Below, piece by piece: positions 12,184 to 23,442 of a DNA stretch of 52,669 bases. Numbering within the stretch: position 1 is the stretch's first letter; each line of letters begins with the position of its first letter. The DNA lies in NCBI GenBank assembly GCA_038496445.1, contig JALMLS010000445.1, forward strand, positions 1-52,669, written 5' to 3'. This DNA is from Trichosphaerium sp. ATCC 40318. Taxonomy: Eukaryota > Protista > Tubulinea. The notes below the pieces were generated by a model. The model was not told where the DNA came from and ran no database searches. It saw nothing but the letters and a program-made list of their open reading frames with translations. Position numbers and translations under genes: made by a program.

Positions 12184-13243
12184 ATGAGTTACGACAAACC
12201 TGTTTACTTAAAGAACAAATGCACTGGTCTTGTATTCGAGACAAAACAAACTGGACTAACTGCTAACAACAAAGAAGTGTGTGACATTATCCAAAGTACT
12301 CTGAAAGAAACCGACGATGCCAAACAGCTCTACAAGATTGAAAAATCGGATATGGTTGCTGGAAAACAAACATACAAGATCACTGCCTTCAACAACGATG
12401 TAAGTTGAATTTAGTACTTGTCAGGAAACCTGTGACAGTTCTTTTTAGGTTCTAGATATCTTATACGGAGAAAAGAAGGATGGTACACGAATCATTACGT
12501 ACTATTGGCACGGAAGTAATACTCAAAGGTGGTACATTGAAGACCATGAAGGATGTACGCTCCTAATTTTTTCTTCCGAATATAATTAATTCTCTTTTAG
12601 ACAAAGTGATTATCAACGTTCACTCTGGTAAATGTGTGGAAGTCCCAGGATCAACAACCGAACAAGGCGCTGCTCTTTTACAATTCACAAGCAACCATAC
12701 CGATAATCAACTTTGGTCTATTCTCACTGAAGAACAAGCAAAGATCAAACCAGTCCCTGTTCCTTCTGATGCTGATACACCAACGAGTTGTATCGATCTC
12801 CGCTATGCAACCGACTCTCCAAAATGGCGTCGTTATAAAATAACTTCCGTGTCATATGATGGTGTTGTACATGATCATCCACGTATTCAAATCCACTTTG
12901 ATACCAAAGGTGATTATTTTCAAAACGCTTTCTTTTTTTAACATGGTTGTTTAGGGCATGTCATCGATAAGACAAGATCTGCTGAAGGCAAAAAAGTAAT
13001 TGCATTGTGCATAGAGACTAATTGTAAAATGCAAGTGTACGGTGTGAATCATTGGGCATGGCCTGGATCGAATGGAACCATTCAAGGTATGCAGTTTTTG
13101 ATAATATAATATTCTCATGCCTGCGTTTAGGTTTGTATGTGTGGCCGGTTGACAAAGAACCAAAATGGACTTCTGCTAAGAGCACTGAAGTACTTAACTT
13201 CTTTGCTCCAGGTAGAACTATTGAAATTGGAGAAGTGGAATAA
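12184..13243 (+). CDS. Cytosolic ricin-B lectin with C-terminal domain (copy B)
   Basis: Same five-exon structure and near-identical protein as 8186-9266. ORF track pieces 12184-12408, 12606-12941 and 13052-13243 are its exons. Confidence 0.85.
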
Positions 13244-13493
13244 ACAGAGATAGACGTGAATAGTACCAACAATACAATGTACTCCAATAAAACTCTAGTG
13301 AACATTATGTTGTGTTCTAGATATGAACATCAGACTTGCCTACACTAATAGGCCTCCATGAAGTAGTTCTTCAAGAGAGATTGAAATAGCTATAGTTGTT
13401 GTGTTTCTAGATTCGCCTGTCGCAGTACCTGAAAAAGGTTCAATAACACAGCGATATCCTTTTAAAAGTTCTATTTACTTTATTGTGAGTACA

Positions 13494-14627
13494 TTACTTT
13501 TTACTCTCATACTTAGCGATTCGAGCAAGAAGTTCAGCAATTTGAGTATCTTTTTCTTTCAATTTTGCGTCTTTTTCTTCTAGTTTAGCTCCTTGTTCTT
13601 GCAGCTTTGCATTTTTTTCCTTGATTGTATTTGATAATACTTGTACTTGTAAATCATGTGGGCTCAATTGTTTTGGCTTGTTCAAATTTGTAGCTCCCCA
13701 TAATTGCCTGTACATGTAAGTAAGGAACAAAGTAAAATGCTATGATCACGTGTACCTGTTTTTGAACAAGTTGTCTGACAACTCATCCTCACTATCTGAG
13801 TCTATGTCAAGTTCAATTTTCTTTTTGGTACTCTCATCATCGGCAACGTTCTTTGGTGTCTTGGTTTTTTTGTTTTTTGGTTTACTCTTTTTTGATTTGG
13901 TTGTATTACGTTTCCTTGGTTGTTTTACAACTTTAATTATGTATCGTGCTACAGCTTGAACATCTAAAATGGAATGTTAGTACTTTGTATTTTGTAATGC
14001 AAGTTACTACAATTGACTGTTTTTTGGAATACCTTGTGCCACAACCAACTCATCGCACACTGCCTCATTCACTTTGTCATTTGAAACTGCAATTCCAAGT
14101 TTGTCTACCAATGTGTAGTGACTCTGGTATCCTGGTTTTATGGGTTTACCATAATAGTTATCATCATCAGTAGGCTTTTCTGTAACCTATTACTGTTGTA
14201 AACAAATAAAAAGCTGAGGCAATGTTGGTGTACAGGATATACATTTCCTGGTGTGACTATACTTAAAACAAGAGTCAATTCTCGATTTCCTGATGTATCA
14301 TATGAGCAAGCATATTCAAGGCTACTCTAAACAATACAGGTTAAGAATAAATTAAGAAACATGTCCATGTACAGTAAAGTAAACACCCTGACCATAATAC
14401 CCGCCATCTAAAGAACTCACAGTACCAAATCCAGCTTTTACAATACTCAAAGCAGCTTCAGGAGATGTACCATGAACCATCAATAAAACTGGTGACTGAA
14501 AACGTGTCATTACCTGTTCTAAAGTGTTTGTACTTGGGCTGTTGTCATTGATCAAATCTTTAAACCTCACAGCTACTGCTCTCTTATGTCTGTCTTGTTT
14601 CCATTCATCTTTACAAAATAACTTTGG
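13494..14627 (-). pseudogene. 5'-truncated copy of the ADP-ribosyltransferase / coiled-coil half of the ANK-UBR-ART gene
   Basis: Contains HGTSPEAA...GQGVYFT, EYACSY, CDELVV and the coiled-coil tail (...AKYESKK*). Homology ends mid-exon at PKLFCKD (14627) with no matching upstream exons adjacent. Confidence 0.8.
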
Positions 14628-15020
14628 CGTTTATAAATTAGGTGATGACCTACAACATCTCTTAATTTTTTAAAGTCTGTATCTACTTCACTACCTAAAA
14701 TACAAGGAGTCATTCGTAACAAACACCAAGAGTCACATGAACCATGGAATAACTGGTACTATTGTTGGAACAATAGTGCGCGTTCAGCTTTTTAGGACCA
14801 CCTAGCACTTTTAATTCAACAGCCATGAACCGAACAACTTAAGCGGAATAAAAAAATCAGACAGTTGACTTCTACTTAACGTTTCTGTACGCTTCCTGGC
14901 TTAATGTCGGTAAGAATGGTGATTAAGTGTTTAATATCACCCAGATAAACGCATTTAATCCCCCCTCAAGTTCTCCTTTTACTTAACATTTGCTCAACGA
15001 AAACTAACGGTGATCATACA

Positions 15021-16100
15021 ATGGACAAGAAAAACCAACAAACGCAGTTCAACCAAGTATTCGACCTTGTTGCGCTACCGATTGAGTTAATAGTCCATAT
15101 TCTCAAACAAGGGACGTATACACTTCGTACAGCCCAAACGTGCCATTTTTTACGAGATATTGTTCACAACCACGTTGGGTATGGTTGTATCAGTATTAAA
15201 AACACAAATGAAGTTCAGATGCTTTCTGGTAGCCCATTACTCCACAATACGAATATTGATTTTTTTCTAAATCTGCCAAACGACATTATTGCGGCATTGG
15301 CAGGTGTACACACTATCAACCTATTTCATTGTAAATCAATAACAGACAATGGCATTGCGGCATTGGCAGGTGTACATGATATTGATTTATCAGACACAAA
15401 TGTAACAGATGAAGGTTTGAAGGCATTGGCAGGTGTGCACACAATCTACTTGAACGCTTGTGAGTCAATAACAGACAATGGCATTGCGGCATTGGCAGGT
15501 GTACATGAGATTAATTTATCATATACAAATGTAACAGATGAAGGTTTGAAGGCATTAGCAGGTGTGCACACTGTCTGGTTGGAAGCTTGTGAGTCAATAA
15601 CATACAATGGCATTGCGGCATTGGCAGGTGTACATGAGATTGATTTATCAGATACAAATGTAACAGATGAAGGTTTGAAGTCATTAGCAGGTGTACACAC
15701 TATCGACTTGGCTTGTTGTACGTCAATAACAGACAATGGCATTGCAGCATTGGCAGGTGTACACACTATCAACCTATGTGGTTGTATGTCAATAACAGAC
15801 AATGGCATTGCAGCATTGGCAGGTGTACATGAGATTAGTTTAGCTCACACACGTGTCACAGATGAAGGTTTAAAGGCATTGGCAGGTGTACATGAGATTC
15901 ATTTATCAGATACAAATGTAACAGATGAAGGTTTGAAGGCATTGGCAGGTGTACATACTATCAACCTATGTTATTGTGAATCAATAACAGACAATGGCAT
16001 TGCAGCATTGGCAGGTGTACATGAGATTAGTTTAGCTAACACACGTGTCACAGATGAAGGTTTAAAGGCATTGGCAGGTGTACACGCTATCTATCATTAA
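15021..16100 (+). CDS. Intronless F-box-like / leucine-rich-repeat protein
   Basis: N-terminal LVALPIELIVHIL...AQTCHFLRDIV (F-box-like). About 12 mostly alternating 25/24-aa LRRs AGVHxIxLxxCxSITDNGIAAL / AGVHxIxLSxTNVTDEGLKAL. Confidence 0.9.
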   Translation: MDKKNQQTQFNQVFDLVALPIELIVHILKQGTYTLRTAQTCHFLRDIVHNHVGYGCISIKNTNEVQMLSGSPLLHNTNIDFFLNLPNDIIAALAGVHTINLFHCKSITDNGIAALAGVHDIDLSDTNVTDEGLKALAGVHTIYLNACESITDNGIAALAGVHEINLSYTNVTDEGLKALAGVHTVWLEACESITYNGIAALAGVHEIDLSDTNVTDEGLKSLAGVHTIDLACCTSITDNGIAALAGVHTINLCGCMSITDNGIAALAGVHEISLAHTRVTDEGLKALAGVHEIHLSDTNVTDEGLKALAGVHTINLCYCESITDNGIAALAGVHEISLANTRVTDEGLKALAGVHAIYH

Positions 16101-16329
16101 CGGCTATAGGAATAAGCGCACTGGTAGGTGCAAAATTAATTAGCTTGGAAACATTCAGCAAAATTATTTCGTGTCATGTGCAATATGTAAGCAGTTGTTG
16201 CTCTAGTAAAGTTCTATTAATCAGTAAGAAAAAATTACTAGTATCTCCATGAAACACATTTGGTGCCTTAGGACTAAGTTTCAAAGCTGATAACATGACT
16301 TTTTATCAATACATACAATGTGACTTGCG

Positions 16330-17746
16330 TGCCAAGTATTGCAACCATTTCGCAAGATTGTCTCCATTGTGGTGTTTTGTTCAGTGTTGCGTATTTTAAC
16401 CATAACGTACTAGAAAGCTTACCATCTGGGAATAATGTCAACACAGTTTCAAATACAGCAACAAATGAAGAATCATTAGCAATAACACGCAGTATCTGAA
16501 CAACTATCTTTTGCCATCTTATTGTGCCATATTTTTGCAGATAGTGAAATATCTTTACTACATTTCAATAAAGTAACAACAACAGAATTATGTCCATAAT
16601 ATGCTAAAAACGTTACAGTAATTGTATTGACAACCATAAAGTACCTGCGCAATGCAGAGCTGTACATCCATTTTTGTCTTTGGCTTCAGTATCTGCATTT
16701 GAACCTAGCAACATTTCTACAACTTTATTGTGACCTTGATGCGCTAGAGGTAAAAGTTACATAGTTTGCAGTGACAACAGTAAGGCGCCTGCACGATAGA
16801 GAACTGTCCAGCCATTTTTAGACTTTACTTCTACATCAGCACTTGCTCCAAGTAATAATTCAACAACTCTACTATGTCCTTGATGTGCTAGAGGTAAAAG
16901 TTAATACAAGTGCGATACCATCGTGTACCTGCACGGTGAAGAGGTGTCCTTCTTTGTCTTTAGCTTCAATATCTGCATTTGATCCAAGTAGCAATTTAAC
17001 AACTTTACTTTGTCCATGATGTGCTAGGAGGCAGTAAAAACAAATGTATTACCAACAATAGCTACCTGCAACATGAAGAGGTGTCCATCCATTTCTATTT
17101 TTTGTGTCAATATTTGCGTTTGATCCAAGTAATATTTTAACAACTTTAGTGTCCATGACGCGCTATAGGTACAAATTACAATAATTGACTGATAACAATG
17201 ATAAGGTACCTGCACGATGAAGAACTGTACATCCAAAATGATCTTTTGCTTCAATATTTGCTGTTGACCTAAGTATTTTGACAACTTTACTATGTCCATA
17301 ACGTGCTTGAAATACAAATTAAAAAAAGAATACTCTGACAACAAGCTACCTGCACAATATAGAGGTGTCCATCCATCACTGTTTGTATATTCAAAGTTTG
17401 CACCCTTATGTATACACATTGTTGTAATAATGGCCAGGCCATGCTGCGCTAAAATCAAGTTGATATTCACATGTGGTTCGATACATGCCTGCATGCAATA
17501 GTATTGTGTCAGCTGACTCTTCTTCACATAAGCTGCTATTTAGCTCGTCTACTACAGGTTGTCTCAACAACAATACAAACATATAAGAGGTATCCGCACT
17601 CGTTGTAATTCTCTCGTATTTTTTGCTCAGTATCGCCAATTCATCTACATTGGAACTGTTAAATAGCGCGCGCGAAAATATCATGTTTCTTGTTACTAAC
17701 CTTCTAACAATAGCGTTTCTTCTGCAGTGCGTCTTTCTTCAAACAT
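16330..17746 (-). pseudogene. Diverged N-terminal paralog of the ANK-UBR-ART gene (about 6 ankyrin exons plus helical domain, no UBR/ART)
   Basis: MFEERRTAEETLLLE start exon, NVDELAILSKKYERITT, HKGANFEYTNSDGWTPLYCA, further ankyrin exons, YYGHNSVVVTLLK...QWR..LAKWLQYL. Small indels present. Homology to copy A stops at ~16330. Confidence 0.7.
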
Positions 17747-19409
17747 CAAGCGATGTTGTAACACGTGGTAGGTATTGGATAAAATACTTTTCTTATTACC
17801 TTTAGTTTCCTGTGATTCATTGATTTGTTTTGGGTCTGGTACAACACGTTAGATAACTGTTCAGTGAATGTACACAGTATGGCTTTGAAGGAACAGTTCA
17901 TCTAGCAGGTATAAAACATGCTTGAGTTGCATTGTCGCGCCATTATTGTACACAAAGCACAAGCTGTTTCTTCACATGGAGATTTTTGAAACAAACACTT
18001 TAGGGTGTTTGTACATCCCGAGTTCGTATCAACAAACAGTCTAAGTACACCATCCAAGTTCTTTGATTACACTTCTAATTCACTAGTATGGGACAAAATG
18101 CTCCTAACAGCCAACCCTGAAGGTGGTAAGTCCCCATAGCACTTCAATCTTTAAGAATATTCCTGCTACACAAGATTCATGTATATTTGTTCTCTTAGCG
18201 TGTTGGCACTGTTCCACCCATTCAAGATCGTTTTAGGATGTGTTACTGTAAAAAACTGCATTACGGGCTCTTAGTGGCACCAATATATCACGGAACGCAC
18301 GTGACGGCGTATATGGCACGAATCACGCTAAAGAAAGCGAAAAACTGTCTTACCATCCGAAAGTGACTATTATCAATACATAAAGCGTTTCAGAGTCACC
18401 CACGCGAAATCAAAAACATGTCCGGTTTCATTTGGACGAGAAGGCATAAAATTTTGAGTTTTCTAGCCGCGTTTAATCCCTTTTGTTGTACCAAGAAATG
18501 GTACGTATTAGCTGTTTTTAGGAAGTTGCCGACCAAATCGCCCCAAGAAAACTCATAATTTTACGATTTTGCGCAACCTTTTCTTTAAAGCTAGCATGCT
18601 TGTAGTTATCTGTTAAAAAGTTCTTAGCCTAATAAAAATGTCCCAATTTTAAATGAAAATCGACATGTCAGTTTCATTATCTTCAATCCCCAGAGAGTAA
18701 TGGCATCAGTAATCTGACAACCACAACAATTTTAAATATGACAGAGGAAACTATATTTTAATCGCCGAGGTATTAGAAGCGAGGCAATATCAAAAGATGG
18801 TCAGAAAATTATAAGAATATTTGTTTATAAGCTTTCTGCGTCCAGTTACTTATCCCTTCTTTGAACTCTGAGTGTGCTTAAAATGTCTACAGCACCGCCT
18901 AATACAGAACTAGAAGGATTGGTTCTAGGTATTTCACTTGACGTCTAAGTAACAGTACCAATTCATAGCTGTTATTTTTGCTGTAAATCTTAGCTATTTT
19001 TGATATACTTCTTGTAAAGAAATAAACGGGAAAACTCCCACTTTTTTCTTGGAGAATTAAGAGCGAAAAATGAGCAACCACAAAATTTTTACCTAATAAT
19101 TTGTTGATACTTTTCACAGTAAATACGTCTTAACTACACATGAAATATCTACTATTTAGTAGCCAATTTTACTATGCAATCAGCGTGAAATAAATTATAA
19201 TTCAAACTCAAATTGTGCCCTTTTATTTTTGAATTACTTGTTAATTAACTAAACTATAGTGAGTATTTCTGTATTAAATAAGGTCAAATTTGCACTAAGT
19301 AATCCTGAATTACCAAAGAAATACTTGGTATTTTCAACAGAAATCAGCGAAAATTACACATGATAAAAAACCAGTAGTTTTTATTGGCGCTACAGCCGCT
19401 TTTACTACA

Positions 19410-21462
19410 TCAGTTTGTTGCACCAAATACAAAATGGTCAGGGTTAGATTGCGCTTGATAACACAGTTGTTGCATTGTGACCATCCCTTGTTGCACTACA
19501 AAAAAACAGTCAACGCAATAATAAAACATAAAATCACTTGCCTTTTGCATACTCTTCCTTAAAAGGAACATGGTCATCAGCAGTTACAAGGCGAGCAAAA
19601 CATTCAGCATCAAGGTGTTGGGCCTTGCCTGTGCATCTGTACTCCGCCTTAGGAGTTTGAGATTCATCATGAAACCACTTTTGTTTTAAAGTTTTGATCA
19701 ATCCTATGCCAGTTCCACCAGGAGTGTGAATGGCCGACATACAAATAGTGTTAGCTATGTCAATCTCATTTATTCCAAAGTGATCAGCAGCCACCACACG
19801 AACATCTGCAATAAGTCTTTTGTGTGCTAAGAACAAGGTGAATCAACAATAGTACAAAATGAAAAAACCAAAGCAATTTCAATCCGCCATACCCAAAAAA
19901 GTAAAAGATTCATTGTGATAAACAAATGCTGTCCAATACCTATTTCAACATTAACAAAACAAAGGGTATTGCAACATACCATGGCATCGTAACATCACAA
20001 TTGAGCAGTGTAGGATGTTTACAAATGTATACTTCGTTTTGTTCACCATAACACACTGGAACAGGCAACACCAATGGCATGGTAGATCCAGAACCTGCTG
20101 TCTTTGACAAGTAAGAAACAAATTGTAGAAGAAAAAGTTCAAAGGTTGGAGTAATACGCACCAGAGTTCCAGCCAAGATCTGCTGTTTTGTTGCCACTGC
20201 ATACTTTTCAGTCCGCAAAAATGGAAGAAGGGCATCGACAGTGAAGAGAAAGTCTTCAGCACAAAGTAGAGGTAAAAAATGTTTCATAGCCACTTTTTCT
20301 TGTGTTGGATCTGTGGTTACTACAAATTCTGTGTTTGCTGGTATCGAACTCTAACACAGATTACTACACTGTAATTAAATAAAAAAAACCAAACGTACTT
20401 GAGCGTCATCTAACATTGAAACATCTTCCGTATCCTTTTTTTCACATGGCTGTTTAAGTGCTCCAACAAACACTCCCAAACCGAATTCATCATCTGGCTT
20501 TTGTTCTTTTTGCTTTGGTTGTATTGGTGTTTCTTCAAATTCATTTTGATATTTCGTCACCTGAGGATGTCTGTAATCCAAGTCATCTATTACTGGCTTC
20601 AAAGAGGGGTGATGGGACACCAAGGCGCTGTATTCTGCCAAAGCGACTGCCACAGTAGGTTTTTTACCATTGAGCAATGTTTTAGAATTTTTAACCAATT
20701 CAATCCTCTACAATAAAACGCAAAATAAGCAAGTTGCAAACTCAATTTAAACACTAACATAAAGAAAGTACTCATACGCAGCTCCATAATGCATTTGGTT
20801 AGAGTATATGTTGGCCATAGTCTTCTCAGCAATTGCTACACACTTGTGGGCTTTAAATGAAACAAATTAGCAGTTGTTACTAAAAAAACTAAGTATTCGC
20901 ACCCACTGTAACCATGTCCATTACTGTAGCACGGTAAGTGCTTCCACAAGCATACTTTATCAATTGATTCACTGGACCATATGTATCTTTAAAGACTCTG
21001 GTTGTTCTGAAATGATCCATAGCACGTAAGTCACTGTAAGTAACATCCCTTCCAGTATGTTTCTGAAAAACGTCATTTATAAGTTTGAAAGCCTGGTTTC
21101 TTTGTTTTAGAACATCTACAAACTCAGCTGGCATCCACAAAAAATTGTAAATCAAGGCTCGTTTAACTTCCTATGTGTCATTAGTCAACCAACGAAAGCA
21201 AAGAATGGAAAGAAAATACCAAGGTCTGTTGTTGAGCCATCTTTTCACGCTGTGCTTTAATCTCTTCACTTAGTTTGGTAACAGTTGTTTTGAATTGAAA
21301 GAACTCTGCTTTGAGTTGCTTTAAACTGTTATCAAACGCATTAATAGTTGCAATCATTTCTTTTTGGTTTTTAAGTATAATAACAGACGCTTTGTGTAGC
21401 TGTTGAAAGTAAGGGATCATATCCTCCTCTGTTAGCTGTTTCTTTGTAGGCGGCTGAGACAT
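19410..21462 (-). CDS. Multi-exon hypothetical protein with N-terminal coiled coil; candidate accessory ORF of the neighbouring CMC transposon
   Basis: ORF pieces 21181-21462, 20889-21155, 20375-20698, 19940-20293 and 19534-19836 are joined by short introns. The last junction needs a GC donor (aag|gcaagt, ~19541) and ends ...DHFVFGATN* at 19410. No confident domain. Confidence 0.65.
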
Positions 21463-21650
21463 GTTGCCTGAGTGGTTGTACAGAAAATATTGAGTAACAC
21501 GACCACGTGGATTGGTATTCTTAGTATTATAAGAATATTTCAGAAGTTACAAAATTGGAATTGTAATCGCCTTGAAATTAATTAGCGTGTATGTAAATTG
21601 GATTTTGTAGCATACCACATCTGACCAAGCGAAAAGTTACAAATTCCGTA

Positions 21651-21722
21651 AACCCACGTGATAAAAAACCAAAACCAAAATTTATTTACATATTTGATAC
21701 CTGGTGGCGTTTACAAAGCTAT
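21651..21722 (-). repeat. Dispersed ~75-bp non-coding repeat (partner 40629-40704)
   Basis: Reverse complement gctttgtaaacgccaccaggtatcaaatatgtaaataaatttt...atcacgtgggttt matches gctttgtaaacgccgccaggcgtcaaatatgtaaataaaatttt...atcacgtgggttt. Confidence 0.85.
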
Positions 21723-22355
21723 GGTAGTGGCGTTATACTGGCTTGAATTTTTTTGTATGATTTTTCACGCTATAATCCTGTTGATGCCATGAGAGCGCTA
21801 TTGGCAGCGTAGGTAGACGCTATTTGTAGCGTTAGTAAATTTTACACGTATCTGTACAATACAGTTGGTTTTTCATCACGTAAAACAACGTTGAAGAGTG
21901 TTTGAGTCTAATCTTACCATACAGTTGCTTTTGGCATCGTAACTTTTCTTTTAGCTACCGAATGACTTTTGTGGCTTGAACGTACCATGTACAGTGCCTA
22001 GGTATTGTGATCTTTCTTGTCATGCCGGTAATGGTTAGACGGTGAGCTTACATTGAAAATTTTGTTATCACTTAAATTACATAAGCTGTACTGCAAACGC
22101 CAAGAAAGAGCTTACCGTGATAACAAGCAGGTCAAGTTAATGCAATCCTAAGAATTCCTTAAAAAATACACGTGTAGTTTTATTAAGAACAATGTACTGC
22201 ACTGTTTTTAGCCAAATACATTTGCGTTCTGTAGAAACCATTGTGGCAGCATCAAACAACCTTAAGGTTCTTTGAAATGTATTCAAAAAAATACCTCTGT
22301 GAAAGCAGCCGTGGCAGTACAGCGCAGGTACATCCCAAAAGCGCTTTGATAAATA

Positions 22356-23254
22356 ATGGTGCCTAGATACTATCACTGACCAGCTTACCTCTCGAATTAC
22401 AACTGTATACAATGGATTTAGATTTTGGAGTATATAAAATCTGGCCACTGTTAAACAGAGCAGCCTCCTTTTTCCGCTTCAACAAATCCATTGAAAAGAG
22501 TGGAGTATGGAAGTCACAGTTTAAGCGTTACTACTTCAAAGATGGACTTCGACATGGTGAGTGCAAAGACTTTTATCCAGACGGGAGGGTACAATACATT
22601 GTAAAATATCATAAAGGATGTGTTTTGAGCGCTTTGCGGAGAAGTTATTATGAAGGAGGTGAAGCCATGGTGGTGGAGTTCTTTGAAGAACAAAAAAATC
22701 CCCTTGTACAAGACTTTGTAGATTTGAAGAATTTGTATGAAGAAGTCAACTGCACTTGTGGGTACGACTTAGCCACAAAAAGTGACATCGTTTATGTAGC
22801 ACTTATGCATCTTTTCTCTGGCAATGCACGTGATGTCATTGAATACCATATCCCAAGCAAAGACGTTTTCACCAAAGAAAAAATAGATGACATGTTTCTT
22901 TCAAATGTATTGGCCAATAACATACCCAAAGCTTGCTTTGGTTCTATGAAAACTAGCTATAGATGCATTCCGAAAGATTCTAATTACAAAGAAGGTTTGA
23001 TAATGACGTGGAACAGCCAACAAGCCTTAACACACATTCGTCAGTACAAAAATGACCAACCACATGGTTCATCACTTTCCTTTCACAGCAATGGTGCTGT
23101 TTGCCATAGATGCCATCTCAGTAATGGTGAACTGCATGGAGATTGCAGTGAGTACTATGAGAACGGTCAAGTGAAAATGCAAAGTAGATACGTGAATGGT
23201 AAATTAATTGGTAAACTCACACTCTGGTTGAAAGATGGCGCTTTAAAGAACTAA
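22356..23254 (+). CDS. Intronless F-box-like / MORN-variant repeat protein
   Basis: LTSLPLELQLYTMDLDFGVYKIWPLL (F-box-like, homologous to the N-terminus of 35896-36144). MORN-variant repeats YFKDGLRHGECKDFYPDG, YKNDQPHGSSLSFHSNG, LSNGELHGDCSEYYENG. ATG 22356 needs a 1-nt indel near 22377 to join ORF 22412-23254. Confidence 0.8.
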
Positions 23255-23442
23255 ACCTTGTACCTAATAAAGAAAACACGTGTTTTTGAATTTAAAGTCA
23301 AAGCTGGTTTTCAAATCGTTTGTTTTGACTTTAGCAGTGTAGATGCTTGGAACTTTTACACCATGTGCGTTTCTTCCGTTTTGTAAACTGTTTCATTTAT
23401 TTTTATGCCAAGCAACTCAAAGGCACTAAAAAACTCATTAAG

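Larger units (their letters stand above)
11883..14627. repeat. Right arm of the inverted duplication (partner 6684-9626)
   Basis: Reverse complement of 6684-9626 with substitutions and several short deletions. Identity stops abruptly after 'aactttgg' at 14627. Confidence 0.92.

Noticed and set aside
6684-14627. Palindrome as a pure fold-back read artefact
   Set aside because: The arms differ by many substitutions, indels and whole intron sequences, which an artefact would not produce.
4674-15808. Antisense ORFs such as 4674-5093, 7372-7733 and 15446-15808
   Set aside because: They are shadows of repetitive or K/E-rich coding sequence on the other strand.
19400-19660. PHD-like finger (..C..H..C...WSQCNNC) at the end of the 19410-21462 gene
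   Set aside because: It needs a phase-0 splice for which no donor exists; the available donors give other frames.
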